From the NCBI GenBank assembly GCA_013265495.1, contig MU058009.1:3801780-3865779 (forward strand): a stretch of 64,000 bases of DNA, given 5' to 3'. The notes under the pieces are model-generated. The model searched no databases. It had not been told where the DNA came from and saw nothing but the letters and a program-made list of their open reading frames with translations. Made by a program: the position numbers and the translations under genes. The DNA comes from Vicugna vicugna (Eukaryota). Below are positions 12,444 to 24,830 of this stretch, one piece after another (position 1 is the stretch's first letter; each line of letters begins with the position of its first letter).

Positions 12444-13245
12444 GTTTAAGACGTGTTGTGTTGAGGAATATTAGCAAAGAGCAATTGACTAGTTGGCCTC
12501 ATTAAAGGAAATGAGATTAAATTGCAGCAGAAAAAAATACCTAATTATTTTAAAAAGATGAAATTACTGGGAAATTCTGTTATTTAATTCAAAGGGAATA
12601 CCTAGAATTCCCTCGATACTCTTCTTGGGGTGATGAATGAGTTACTGTTTAGAGCCAAGGGTTCACTATAGTGTCAGCTCCGAGTGTTTTCGGGCATTTA
12701 GACACCATTCTTCATCAATGAGTAACATGTACATTTAAATCTACTGGTCAGGAGCCCTCGTATTGCCGTTTGGTTTTGTTGTTGCTGTTGTGTTTTAGGT
12801 CCAATGTGATTTACAAATCTGTAGATGGGAAAGACCAAGAATGCCGTCACGTTTTTAGTTAATAGAACAAGAAACTCTAATTCCTGGTTTCTGCAACTGC
12901 CAAGTCCTCTTGAAAGAACTTAAGTTTGCTTTGTGAAAACAATTTAAATTAAGCTCCCAAGTATGTACTTACTGAGGGTTTACTTTGATAGATTCTGGGT
13001 AGGTGGTTATGGCAAAATGAATCCTCAGTAAATACATTTTTGATAGTCAGTTGATTTTCATTTCACACATGGTGGCCACCACATGTATATCTAGTTGAAA
13101 AACAAACTGAATACATACCCACCTGTTTTAAAACCATTCACTGAGCGTTAATTCCTGGCTGCTATCTGGACCGCCGTCAACTGGACGGAGCCAGTAGTTC
13201 ATTGTCCGCGGGGTGCCTGGTGGATGCCATGGGCTAGAACTTACT

Positions 13246-13264
13246 CAGCGCCATCTGTAGGATT
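13246..13264 (-). promoter_or_regulatory. CTCF-like motif
   Basis: Minus strand AATCCTACAGATGGCGCTG vs consensus TGGCCACCAGGGGGCGCTA. Confidence 0.4.
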
Positions 13265-13499
13265 CTTGGATGTGCACCCAGCTTGGGACCAGTGAGTCTA
13301 AATGTTGGCTTCCTAGGCTGAGGATAAACGAAGTGGACATAAAAACCAAACGGGAGCCCCGGGGAAGGGGTGCTTAGGGCAGGTCGTCAGCTGTGTTTCT
13401 CCGAGGAGCCCCACGCGCCGCCAGCCGCGGGCTCGGAGTAGCTGCAGGTCATTGGTGGTGCCACCCCTCTGATGCTCCTCCATCAGAATCCTCGGAGTT

Positions 13500-13715
13500 T
13501 GCGCACAGGAATCGGGGTCTGGATCTAGGCGTTAACGGCTTGTGACCTCGGGCAACTGAGGACCTCTCTAACATCAGTTTCCTCCTTGTGAAATGGGGAC
13601 ATAAGGGAATATCGGTGTTGCAAGACTTCCTATCGAGTGCCACAGTGGGCAGTGCGCGTGAAAGGACCTTGACACCGCACAGCACGTGGATAGGGAGGCC
13701 GTGATGGTGATGATG
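13500..13715 (+). mobile_element. MIR SINE
   Basis: tgtgacctcgggcaactgaggacctctctaacatcagtttcctccttgtgaaatgggga core. Confidence 0.8.
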
Positions 13716-15839
13716 TTCCAGGGAGGAAAGTTTTGGCGTAATACACCTCGGTTTCTGATGACGCTTCCTTGGCAAACGGGTGGGTTTGTTGGGAAGGTGG
13801 GTGTCCAGATAACACTCAGATTTCCGGTGGCCACACACCCACACTATGCAAGACAGTGGTCCAGGCTCAAGTTCCTTGGCAGGGGGACCACACCCAAGCC
13901 CTCAGCTTCCAGGTGCTCGACCCACTCTTGCTGCTGATCTTTTTGGAAGATCGTCCCCCGCTCGGTAGGTACTTTTGTCAAACATCTAGCAGTTCCACCT
14001 GGGGCAAGAAGCAGCCGACCCTCCTGCTCTGGGAGGAGCCAGAGAGGGTCCTGGGCTGGGGAGGGGGCTGTCCTTTTCCTCCGCCGGGGCTCTGTGAAGT
14101 CAGGATTCTGGGGCTAGAAACTCGGGGGCGTGAAGGGGAGAGGGGGGAACCATCCCCACTCTGTCAGGAACAGAGGAGCAAACCAGCGAAGTTGCACCAC
14201 ACAGTGTGCGGGCTCCTCCCTGCAGGGGCAGGGGTCTCAGCAAGTCGAGGGGCAGGTGGCGGCCGTCACTCTGCCTTTGGGAAGCCGTTTGGAATGCAAC
14301 CAGTGTGACTGCCTTCCTGTTTTACTGCTCTGCCAGACTGTTTACTGGAGCAGCCTTTTTCCCAGTCTCCTAAAAACCCCCATAAAATCCATAGATCACA
14401 GGCTTTCACATCATCCCAGCTGCCAGGCTGTGCAAGGAGCCTCTGCGCTTACTCGCCAGGGGCGGGATTCAGCAGGCCTTGGGCCCCAGGTCCCCACGGA
14501 TGTGTCCTGCTCTGCGGGACACGGAACTGGGCCCAGAAACGGGGAGGAGGGAGGAAGGAAGGAAGAGAGACCCCTTTTTGAAATTTTCCCCTTTTTCTGG
14601 GTCTTTTTCCGAACGTGCTCTTTTTGTGTGTCTCACGCGTCCGCCTGCACCTCGTGTCCCTTGGCCCCCGGGAGCAGATGTGGGCGTTGGGAAGACAGCT
14701 TCGTAGTCCTGGCCACGGCCGCTGCGGGCCCTGGGGAGGCGAGGCTCGGTGGTTCGGCTGCAGCTGTCGGGGGATCGCTGATGAATTTCAAAAGCTGCCT
14801 TTGCTTTGGATGTGATCAGCAGTCACAGCGGGGCCCCTGTGTTTTACTATATGAACAAGCTCAGAGGGAGGGAGAAAACGCAGCCCCTCCTCTCCTCCCC
14901 TCCCCTCCCACGGCGCGGCTGAGTGTGGGCGCTGGAAACGCAGCCCCCTCCTGCTGAGGGCCTGGGCCTGTCCCGAACAGAGCAATCCTGGGGGTAGGTA
15001 GAAAGTGGGCAGTGCCACTGGCAGGCACCCCAGCTGCCGCTGTCCCCAGATGTTTAGCCAGATGCAAAGGTCCGGGCAGAGAGCCTGGGGCCCCACATGT
15101 GTAGAGTCCTGGAGCCGGTCCTGGAGGCCAGGGATCCACATGGAGGTGATGCCCACGCCCCCCGCTTCGGGCCCTGGCCCCTTGGCCTCTTACTGGCCCC
15201 TCCTGGGGAATGGCTTGTGGGTGACGAGATGCGTTTGTGATAAACTGTTGCTGAAAAGGGGCTGCAGGTGACAGAAGTCCAGGTTAGCGCATCCTCCAGC
15301 CTCATCAGAAAGGTGGGTGTGGTGTTCATAGAAGGAGTTTATTAAGCCTTCCTTGATTAAGCACATGTCTTACTCTCCGCTGGAAACTGTGACAGTCTCG
15401 CAGTTCCCTGCCTGTCAGACGGGTTATTCATTTGCGGATGGACAGCACACGTGTCTCCTTGGCTTGTGACTGTCCTCGGGGCCGCGCTACCCGACTCCCT
15501 CGCTCCTGCCTCCGGACGCTGTTTGTTGAGGGCGTGGGTTCCTTTCCAAAGGCGTCAAGTCAACCCCGCAGCGGGAGCCGGGAAGAGGGCACCCGGCCTC
15601 CTCTCCCTCCTGCCGGGAGGCCCCTCTCACAGCGCTCTCCACCCGGCCCGGCCTGGAAGAGCAGACAAGCCAGGGGGCCGCCCTTCCTCAGGGGCAGAGA
15701 CAGGGCCCTGACGTCCACGCCAGGGACGCCTGGTCGGGTGCGGGGGTGGGGGCCTCACAGCCCCAGGAGATGCGGTTGTGATGGAGAACACGCCCTCCAG
15801 CCAGATCTCCTTTGAAGAGCCTCAGGGTCTGTCTGCTGT

Positions 15840-16180
15840 AAGGCTTCTCAAAGTCTGGTCCCCTACCAGCAGCGAGCGACAGCATCACTCGGAGCTCCTG
15901 GAGTTGCAGGTTCTCAGGCCACACCCCAAACCTGAGCAGTCGGAGACAGGTGGGAGGGGGGCGCTGGGGCCTGACAGCCTGCCCTTGAACCAGCCCCCCG
16001 GGGGCCCTGTCCGCACGGTGGGCCTCAGACATGACTGCAGGTCGGAATCACCTGGACCATTCTTTGAACTAGTGATGCCGGGCCCCACACTCAAGAATTC
16101 TGGTTTGATCAGACTGGGTTTGGGGATTTTTAAAAACCTGCTCAGACCATTCTAACGGGCAGTGAAAATGGAAAGCCACC
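15840..16180. mobile_element. Two adjacent MER5-family relics (~15840-16010 and ~16025-16180)
   Basis: ggcttctcaaagtctggtcccc...cagcatcactcggagct...gcaggttctcaggccacacccc; gaatcacctgga...gatgccgggccccac...gaattctggtttgat. Confidence 0.7.
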
Positions 16181-17767
16181 AGTGACGTAGGAAGGGGGTC
16201 CTCAGACCCTGACCCCTGAACTTTGCCTGCTGTGCTTTCAGTGTTCTGGAATTCTCAGCGGTTTGTGGGCGTCTGCCCGGTCCTGAAGGAAGCAGCTAAG
16301 CTGGCGCCTTTCACCATCCTTTGTAGGGACAGCTCCCCAGGAACAGGGCCTGTGCAGCGAGGTGAGGTCAGCAACAGCCCGCGGGGCTTCCTGGAACACA
16401 GGGTGGCCTCTGGTGCGGCTGGCTTTGCACAGGTGGCCGTTCCCCACCTGTGCAGTGAGTGGGCTGGGCCGCATCCCTGCTCGTAGTCTCAGACCCCTCT
16501 CCTGACCACACCTCCGCTCCCAGTCCCCACCTAGGAGTGATGGGGGAGGGAGGGTGGGGCTGGCAGGGGGGCCTTCCAGATGGCAGGCACGGGGCTGAGT
16601 CTGATTATGGAAACCAGGAGATCTACTCACTGGAAAGAACAGAAAAATCTACCCAGCCCAGCTCTGTGTGAGGCAATGGGGAGAAAGGAAAGGCGATACT
16701 CAGAGGAATTCTGGTCTCAGGTGGGAGCCTCAGAGCAGCATGGAGACAGCTCCCTTCTGAAATGCTGGGACAGCATCTTTTGCTGGCTTGGCATCCGCGC
16801 CAGCCCATCGGCCACACTGCAGCTCCGGGAAGCCTCCTCCCTCCTCCAGGGACAGCATGTATGGCCGGTCCCCCATCCTCCCCTCGCCCCCCTGCATGCA
16901 GCAGACTCCAGCTAACGTTTCCCTGGGCCTCGGTTTCCCACCAGCGAAGTATTAGTACCAGACCTCTCTCTCCAGAGCGTGGAGAGGATGTGGGCGGGAG
17001 GGGTGGGAGTTCTTGCATCTCAGCAGTTCTGCAGGGGCCCGGGTGGGGGGGCGCGGGGGCGAGTTAGAGCGATTCCACCCCACCCCCATCCCACCTGGGG
17101 GTTGGCTGGATAAAAGGTTTTAAATCCGACCCACTCCCTTTATGAATACCTGCCTAAAAATACCCCGTCTCTAGATGGATGATCCCAGGTCCCTTTTCCA
17201 CCTCAATAGACTCAAAAGGAATCCTCGCCGCCTTTCCTCCCAGCAGCGCAGCGCGGGCTGTGATGCGGCAGCTCTGATCAAGAGAATGACCTCAGGCCTC
17301 AGGAGTCACTCCCATTGGCGTGACCGGAGGCGGAAGAGAGCGCAGAGCCTGGTGGGTTCTGGGGAGAGGAGACCGAGGCTTGGGCACGGGCGGCCTGCCA
17401 GAGGGAGGACGTTGGAGGGTGGGGGTCCAGGCTCCCGGGGTGGACATTCAGGTTCCCAGTTTACAGAGTGTGGGTGTGGGAGCAGGGCAGGAGAGGAGGG
17501 ACACTGCCAGCCCTGGACCCGAGCACTTGTCTTCTCCTCCAAGGCCCGATGGCCATCACAGGGAGGACTTGAGAAGAACTAGTCTTGCCTCAAGACTAGA
17601 ACCAGTCCAGGGCCCAAGTTTGGACTAAGTATGGACACTGCTATATGAACCCTTGTCCTGGGAGAGGACCCATTCCTGAAGAAAGCATGCTTGGAATGTG
17701 TACCTTTTAGATTTGCCTGCATCCTCTGTGCTCTGTGAGTCATCCTGGTGATCAAGCATCCTTTCTC

Positions 17768-18296
17768 TCTCTCTTCTTTTTTTTTAATTGAAGTATAGTA
17801 AGTTTACAATGTTGCATGAATTTCTGGTGTACAGCATAATGCTTCACTCATACATGCACATACATATATTCATTTTCATGTTCTTTTTCATTATAGGTTA
17901 CCACAAGATTTTGAATACAGTTCCCTGTGCTGCACAGTAGGACCTTGTTGTTTATTTTATATACAGTTGTTAGTATCTGCAAATCCCGAACTCCCAATTT
18001 ATTCCTTCCCACCCACTTCCCCACCCTGGTAACCATAAGCTTGTTTTCTATGTCTGTGAATCTATTTCTATTTTGTAAATAAGTTCATTTGTCTTCTTTT
18101 TTTTTTTTGGATTCCACATATAAGTGACTTCATATGATATTTTTCTTTCTCTTCATGGCTTATTTCACTTAGAATGACAATCTCTAGTTCCATCCACGTT
18201 GCTGCAAATGGCATTATTTTGTTCTTTTTTATGGCTGAGTAGTATTCCTTTGTATACATGTACCACAGCTTCTTTACCCAGTCCTCTGTCAATGGG
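17768..18296 (-). mobile_element. Young 5'-truncated L1 (ORF2 C-terminus, 3'UTR, A-rich tail) with 13-bp TSD
   Basis: Minus-strand peptide WVKKLWYMYTKEYYSAIKKNKIMPFAATWMELEIVILSEIS matches the L1 ORF2p C-terminus; identical TSD agcatcctttctc at 17755-17767 and 18297-18309. Confidence 0.95.
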
Positions 18297-18860
18297 AGCA
18301 TCCTTTCTCAGCTCCCAGAGACAGAGTTGCATCCTGGCCTTGGGACTGGAGGGCCTAACAGTTCCTTTATTCCCAGGGTTAAAATGAGGATTAGAGATCC
18401 AGAGAAGGAGAATCTCTTCAGTAGAAACAGTTGTGAACAACTGGGAGGTCACCACCTGTGGTTTGACACAGACAAAAAAAGTCACTGAGATGGGTGGGGC
18501 TCGCATCACCTTGAGTGGAGACAGTGTCAGGTTAGGCCGTCTGCAGAGTCAGCGCCTGCCCAGGTCCCGAGCCCTTCAGAAAGGCGAGCGCCTGAGCCTG
18601 CCTTAGATTCGGGGACAGTCAGTGGGGAACTCCGCTGCAGAAGAACCCCGCAGGGCAGGAGGCAGGAAACTAGGCAGGCTGCCCTTGCCGTGGGGGGGCA
18701 GGGGACGCGGGGAGGGCAGCGAACTCGTAACGCAGCTTTGCAGCGGGAGATGCTCGGAAAGGGCCGGTCTCTCCTGTGACGCTCTCCCTGGTCCTCTCCA
18801 CCCAATTCCAGTTTGTTTCCCTTTACGTTATTCTCAGCACCCAAATGAAAGCTGCGGGCG

Positions 18861-18879
18861 CTGTGTCCCCTGGTGGCCC
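18861..18879 (-). promoter_or_regulatory. CTCF-like motif (weaker)
   Basis: Minus strand GGGCCACCAGGGGACACAG. Confidence 0.35.
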
Positions 18880-21864
18880 CCGTGCCTGGCCCCGTCCTGA
18901 CAGCCCTGATGCTGAATTGTAATCCAGCATGTCCTGGTCTGCTTTCGCCTCCAGCCCAGACGAAGCAGGAATCACGTGTTTCATCTCCACGTCCCCAGAG
19001 CTCTCACAGAAGCGGGTGTAATTAGATCCGCAATCCCTTATCTGCAATTCCAAATTCCAGAAGGTCTGAGAACCTGAAGTCTTCTCGCAGGGAAAGCTGG
19101 GCGAGGTGTTGGCAGGTTTGCAGCGTCAGGATGTCGTAGCCGAGTGGAGACAACACTCATAAACGTCAGGAGGGGTGAAACGCTAAACGCCGGTGCTCGG
19201 AGGAGGGAGGGGTACCCCTGGGAGGGGGGCAGAGGCCTCGCGGCACGTGGGTGGGGTTTAAATTGTAGGTACGCGTTCTGAAGGCGAGGGGGTGCTGGGG
19301 AGGTGAACGTGGAACAGCGTACGTGGCTTTCTGGGTATTTCTCGCACTGTCTGGAAAGTTTCCTCCCTTCCCACGGAGTTGTCCAGTTCTCCCAGGGCTG
19401 GGACGTTGGCCAGTTTTTTTCCATTCTTGCCACGTAGCCCAGAAAAAGGCTCTCTGTGGACGACCCAGAGCTCTCCTATTTGGCAGGAAATAATTCTGGC
19501 CTTACACGCAGAATGTGGTCAAGAATACAGCCAGCCCCCGAACCAAGCGGGTTTAAGCCGCACGGCCCGCTGCGACGTGGGCTTTCCCCAGTTGCAGATA
19601 CCACAGCGCTGCCCGCCGCGCGGCTGGCTGCGTCCCGGGTGGGGCCCGCAGGCACGGCAGGGCGGCTGTAGGAGTTCGGAGGGTTTCTGACTGTGGGGAG
19701 GGCCCACACTCCTAACCGCTGTGCTGTTCGAGGGTCAACAGCATTTTCTTGAATAAATGGAAACTTTAAAAATGCAAGTTTTTAAATGAATAAGCCTTAT
19801 TTTTTATTTTTGTTAGAGCAGTTCCAGGTCCCCCAAAATGCAGCAGGAAGGACAGACCCCGCCCCCACTGATGCAGGGCCCCAATTACAAACACCCCCCC
19901 GGGTGGAACGTGGCTTATGTTTATGTTCCTACGTTAACACGTGATTTTGACGCCCCTTTGTCGTCATGTAAGAGCAGGGACAGAGGCAGACGAGGCGTCA
20001 CCCCCCTCCCCCCGGCCTCCTGCCCCTACCCGGGGCGCCTCGCTCTGCGAGAAGCCTGCCCGGGACCAGGTTACAATCCTCGAAAGGTGTCAGCACGGAG
20101 AAGGCAGAGGGGAACTCACAGGCAGACATTACAAATGGGAAAAGCCCTGCAGGGCGCCTTCCCTCCCTCGGGGGCCAGGCGCCCCCCGCCGGGCCGCGCT
20201 CTCCCTGCGGGAAACAGAAGCATGCGGGCCTCGCCGGCTCCCGGGGCAGACGGAGCAGCCCTGTGTTCTCTGACTCTTCCCAGGAGTGCAGCCCAAAGAC
20301 GGCAGCACTGAACACCAAGCCCTTAAAACTCTTCGCTCTTGACAGTTTACAAAGCACGTTTAAAGAACCGTCAGAGCCTCGTTGCGCCCCGGTGGCGCGT
20401 GCAGGGTGTGAGGAGGTCTCTCCGTCTCAGGTGAGGGGCGGGCCCTCTCCCCTTAGGGGACGGATGGAGCCGGCGGTGGGATGCCGAGTCCTGGGCCGTG
20501 CTTCCCACAGGGCCGGAGGGAGGGGGCGTCCCTCTCGTGGTCCCCTGGCCACAGCCCTGATAAAACCAGATCAGTTGTTCACAGTGTGACACCCGTAAAA
20601 GCAACAACACGACCATCCGTTGAACCAGAGAAGACGGCTTTGATTTGTGTGCAGGAAGGGAAGTTCCCGAGTCAGATCATTTTAGGAGAAGCTTAAGCAT
20701 GGCTCTTCCGCGAGGACCTTCTCCAAGCCTTTGGTGTACAGATGTGGCCATGGATCTCCAGGAGAGGGAGCGTGCAGCAGATCTACCTTCCCGAGGCCGT
20801 TCCGCCTCGATCCCGTTCTCAGCAGGCCTTCTTGGGTGGAGAACTTCTGGGGGAAAGAACGTAGCGTTAGAACTGGTGACGTGGGGGTCCTCCAGGGAGG
20901 TTCTCGGAGAAGCCTGGGGGAGGAAAAGCAGAAGACTAAACTCTCCAAGAAGAGACTCCGAAGAGCTGAATTATTCAGGCATAGTAGGAAAAGGATGCTG
21001 GCCACTAAAATTGACTTAAACTATTTGGCAAGTGAGGGGATTTGGTGTCTGGTGTGGTGAGGGGCCGACCTTGGACGCTCAGGGCCCTGAGCTGGGCTTT
21101 CCAGTGTCAGAGCGAGGGCTCACTGGGCTGCAAGGAACCTGCCCTGCGAAGGCTGAGAGCCTTGGAGGCCGTGAGCCAGGCAAGGTGGGGACTGCAGACA
21201 GAGGGTCTCCTAGGACATGAATGGACCAGGCTGGACCCAATTGCAGGCAGGGGACCGGAGAAGACCACCCACGCAGGTCTCAGCTGGGCTCACAGTACTG
21301 AGTTAACGAGCGATTTCTCTGGACCCTGAGCACTAAGGGGAAGCTTGGATGCTGTGTGACAAAGCGGGGCAGGGATAGAGGCCTTGGGTGAGTTCACTCC
21401 AGCCTGGAAGGGTGAGGGGGAGGTGGACGAGGAGAGGAGAGAGACGCAGAGCCAGAGGCATCAGAAGGAGCCCCAGAGCCCCAGGAAGAGTCACCCTGTG
21501 GGGAGCTGTGCCCTCCTCCCATGCAGGCACCGCCAGCACTGACCGCCGTCCCCATGCACCGCCCCCCATGAGAGAGGGTGCTCCTCTCGCCCACATCCAG
21601 CTCCCTTGGACTCCACGGTTGCTGGTCCTCCCTCCTTCTCCCGACCTTTCCTCAGTGAAGAGGGGAGTCGGCGTGGCGGGGCCAGGGTGGCGAGGAGGGA
21701 CCGGCTGCCACCACAAAACAAAAGGAGATCAGGAGGGCAGCGTGGGCCCTGGGGAGGGTCCTCCTGCAAAGTCCCGACTTTCGCTCAATACAGAGGTAGG
21801 ATTAAAAAATAGTGCCCACCTATTGTGATGGTTTCAAAGTCAGAAGCTGGCCTTGCTTTCAAAG

Positions 21865-22040
21865 ACCTTGTGTGTAACGTGATGCACGGCTTTCTCTCTG
21901 TCTCTCTCTTTATAGGTAAGTGACATTTCATTCTGCTCATCCCAAGGCAAAGTTGGATGTTTTTAAAGTGGAAAAAAAAATGATCGGAAAAGAGACGGGG
22001 AAGGTGGGCAGAGGTGGCCGTCGGGGCGGCACAGGTAGGT
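21865..22040 (+). other. Candidate recursive splice site (3'ss immediately followed by 5'ss) and RS-exon
   Basis: AG-free zone 21865-21913; pyrimidine tract 21890-21911; AG 21914-21915 directly followed by GTAAGT 21916-21921; downstream donor CAG|GTAGGT at 22034/22035. Confidence 0.6.
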
Positions 22041-24400
22041 GCACGCGAGATCCCTGTCCTTTGCGCAGACAGAGGGGAAGGGGAGCCCCCACCCCCGAGT
22101 CGGAGGTGGGCGCCTCTCCCCAGAACGAGAGGTCCGGGGCGTGGCCGTGCTTTGAGACGGAGGCGCCTTTGCTGCTGGAGAGCGGCCTGCTCTGTAGAGC
22201 AGAGCTGTTGCCAAGGTGTCTGCCTCTGGTGAGGTTTCCGGTTGGGGTTTTGCGTCCTGATGTCTCGTATCAGCTACTTTGTGTGCGTTGGTGGTAGAGG
22301 CAGCCGGGGAGACCGTGCTGGCTTCTGAGGAGCAGAGTTCAAACACCCCAAGTGGGAAAACCAGGAATGGGAAGACGAACATCCCTGTTATGATGAGACT
22401 GCAAATGGCACGGAAGTTTCTGGGAAGAAAGGAGGTTTGTGGGGAAACTGACACCCTCTGGGACATTAAGAGTCATTTATTTAATTTCAAGGTCGGTCTA
22501 GTGACCGCGGACGTATATTTCTGTTCCTGCTGGTCACCGCGGCCGCGACACCACTTCTGTCCTCTGTAGCCCGCGGCAAAGCGGCCTCCCAGGGCTGGTG
22601 GCGGGGCGTCGTTACCGCCGCCTCGCCCCTTCTGAGTCGTTCAGGGGAGGCATTCTGAAGTTCAAGATGAGTTTGGGCTTTGGGCTGTTCTGAAATTCAC
22701 CTGCTCTCCCCTAAGATTAAAGCGGAAGGACCCTTATTTTTCTTGTAACTTGCGAACGATCCGCTGACATAACTGACTGATGGCTCTGCCCGCGCGTGTC
22801 TGCTATTTTCTTGGAGAGAAAGAAGAAAGAATTGTAAGGTATCCTATTTAATAGTCTGTAAATCTAGGCGGGGAGCACACGACTCAGGTCAGCAAAGGTA
22901 TTTGAAATGCACGGTGCTATCGCGGACACAGAATTGATTGGGGGCTGGTTTGGGAGGAAGGGGAGACAGACAGAAACCACTCCATCTGTGGTCCTCAGGG
23001 GGGCAGTTCTCATCCACACACCAGAGACACATCTGCGGACATGAGAAATGTCAGAAAGTGGCAAAAATACCAGAATTTGTTATGTAAGGTGTTTAACTCC
23101 ATTTCTAAAATTTGGATACTCTTGTTGTTTTTTTAATTCTCTTTCCCTCAATTTCAACAAAGAGGACCAAAAAAAAGGCACAAAATGCCCCTTTTTTCCC
23201 TCTGAAACGGGGCAGCCTCCCTGTATGTGGGAAACCACTCTCCTCTTCACGACGTCACAGCCCAGCCGTGGGGGCTTTCGTCGCACGCGCACGGCAGGCG
23301 CGGTGCCTCGGGCGCGCGCTCCCGGCTGCAGGCAGGCCTGGGAATGCTTCGTGGTATCTGCCCTGAACCACGGGGAATTAAGCTGCGGTCTGTCTGACCC
23401 TTGTCCAAGAGGGAGCTCTGTGCCCCGCAGTCTGCTTTGAAAATGGAGGAAAACTGCAGCCAAGAAGCAACCCTAGATCCTACCCACCAGGGAATACGGA
23501 GACGGGCGCCCGGCCACAGGGCTGTTGTAGCTGCTTTGTCACAAAGTGCAGGAGTTCTCTTGCTGCCTTTGGGTCGAGGCTGATGGAGTCACTGACTTTT
23601 TTGGAAAATTCGTCTCGTTTTGAAATTTGTCAACAGAATAAGGGCTGCAACACAGTTCCTCCTTTGCCGTGATTTTCTGCCCTTTATGCAGACAGCAAGG
23701 GAGGGGGGAAGGGCCGGCACTCAGCCCCGGCTTCCCCTCCGGACACCCTCGTCTGCCCCCTGAGCTCAGAGGCAGGGGCGCTGAGAGGCCAGGCTGTTGC
23801 AAGGGATGAAGTCAGTGCCTCGGAATCTCCTGTCAACAAGGAGGTCCCGGAACGTACGTTAGTTCCGCAAGGGCGAGTGCGGCGGGGGGTGTAAGCACAA
23901 CGGGTGTGTTTGAATGGGTTCCACACGCTCTGATCCTCAGAAGTGTGGGAATACAACCCCCCCTGCACCTGCCTTACAAGCAGCACATCTCAGCGTCGCT
24001 GTGCCCCGCGGAACAGGAAAGGACGGTGCGCGCACACAGTCAGCCCCAGGCACACCGGCACCGCGCACACTCACAGCACACACGTGCGTAATTTCAGGTG
24101 CAAACACACTGAGCTGCGATGTCGCCTTCGAAAGGTGACAAGGGGTGAAGGCCCTCGTCAGAACCAGACCCGCCCTCTCGTTTCCCACGACACCAGGCGT
24201 GCTGCGTTTCGCTCCCCCATCACTCCCCCGGCCGCGCCCGCGCACTGTGTTTACTTCACAGCGGGGTCGCCCAAAGCCGGCGTCTTCCTTTGCTTCGAAA
24301 CCCACCGATCCGTCCTCCGGGGGGCACAGCAGATCACGTGGGGTCCAGCTCTGGTTCCCCTCCCTCTTTGACTCTCCACCCCGGGTTCTGTGGCCTCCCT
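22010..24400. promoter_or_regulatory. CpG-dense, repeat-poor segment (CpG-island-like patches ~22500-22630, 23250-23330, 23850-24320)
   Basis: High CG dinucleotide density by eye (ccgcggccgcg, cgcacgcgcacgg, ggcgcgcgc); not computed. Confidence 0.45.
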
Positions 24401-24689
24401 TGACCCCTCTGTCCATCCGTCCACACCGGTTCTGGCCTGGAGGAAGGGACAGCCCTGTCCAGAGTTTGTGCTTCCCGGGCACTGGGGCCTCCAGCTGTCC
24501 AGAGGCAGCCGCGAGCGTGAGGTGGTCAAGACTAAAACAAAGGGTGTGTCCACTTCCACACGCCCTGCCTCTGCCAGCTTCGTGAAGCCTGCTTTGGGGG
24601 CAGCTGGAGCCCCACTCTTCCAGCAACGACCATTGTTACGTTCCTTTAAAGCTAGCCTTCGTGAATTTCAGCCACCATGCTAAACCACA

Positions 24690-24830
24690 CACACACGTTT
24701 CATTTTCAAACAATCCTATAGTGTTGCTTTCATCATCTTCTTTTTACAAACAAGGAAATCAAGGCTTAAAGCGACGAGATCATTTCCCAAGGTCACCTGA
24801 CCTTGCAGCTTGAATTTGAGCCTGCATCTC
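24690..24830 (-). mobile_element. MIR fragment
   Basis: caatcctatag...tttttacaaacaaggaaatcaaggct...cccaaggtcac. Confidence 0.65.

Noticed and set aside
14130..14957. 275-aa ORF (likewise 40575-41420, 42570-43313, 58632-59324, 23937-24626)
   Set aside because: Mostly non-ATG starts, Pro/Gly/Arg/Ala-rich composition, overlapping ORFs in several frames and no recognisable domain; expected at this GC content.
18068..18301. ORF with clear protein homology
   Set aside because: C-terminal remnant of L1 ORF2p in a 5'-truncated insertion, not a host gene.
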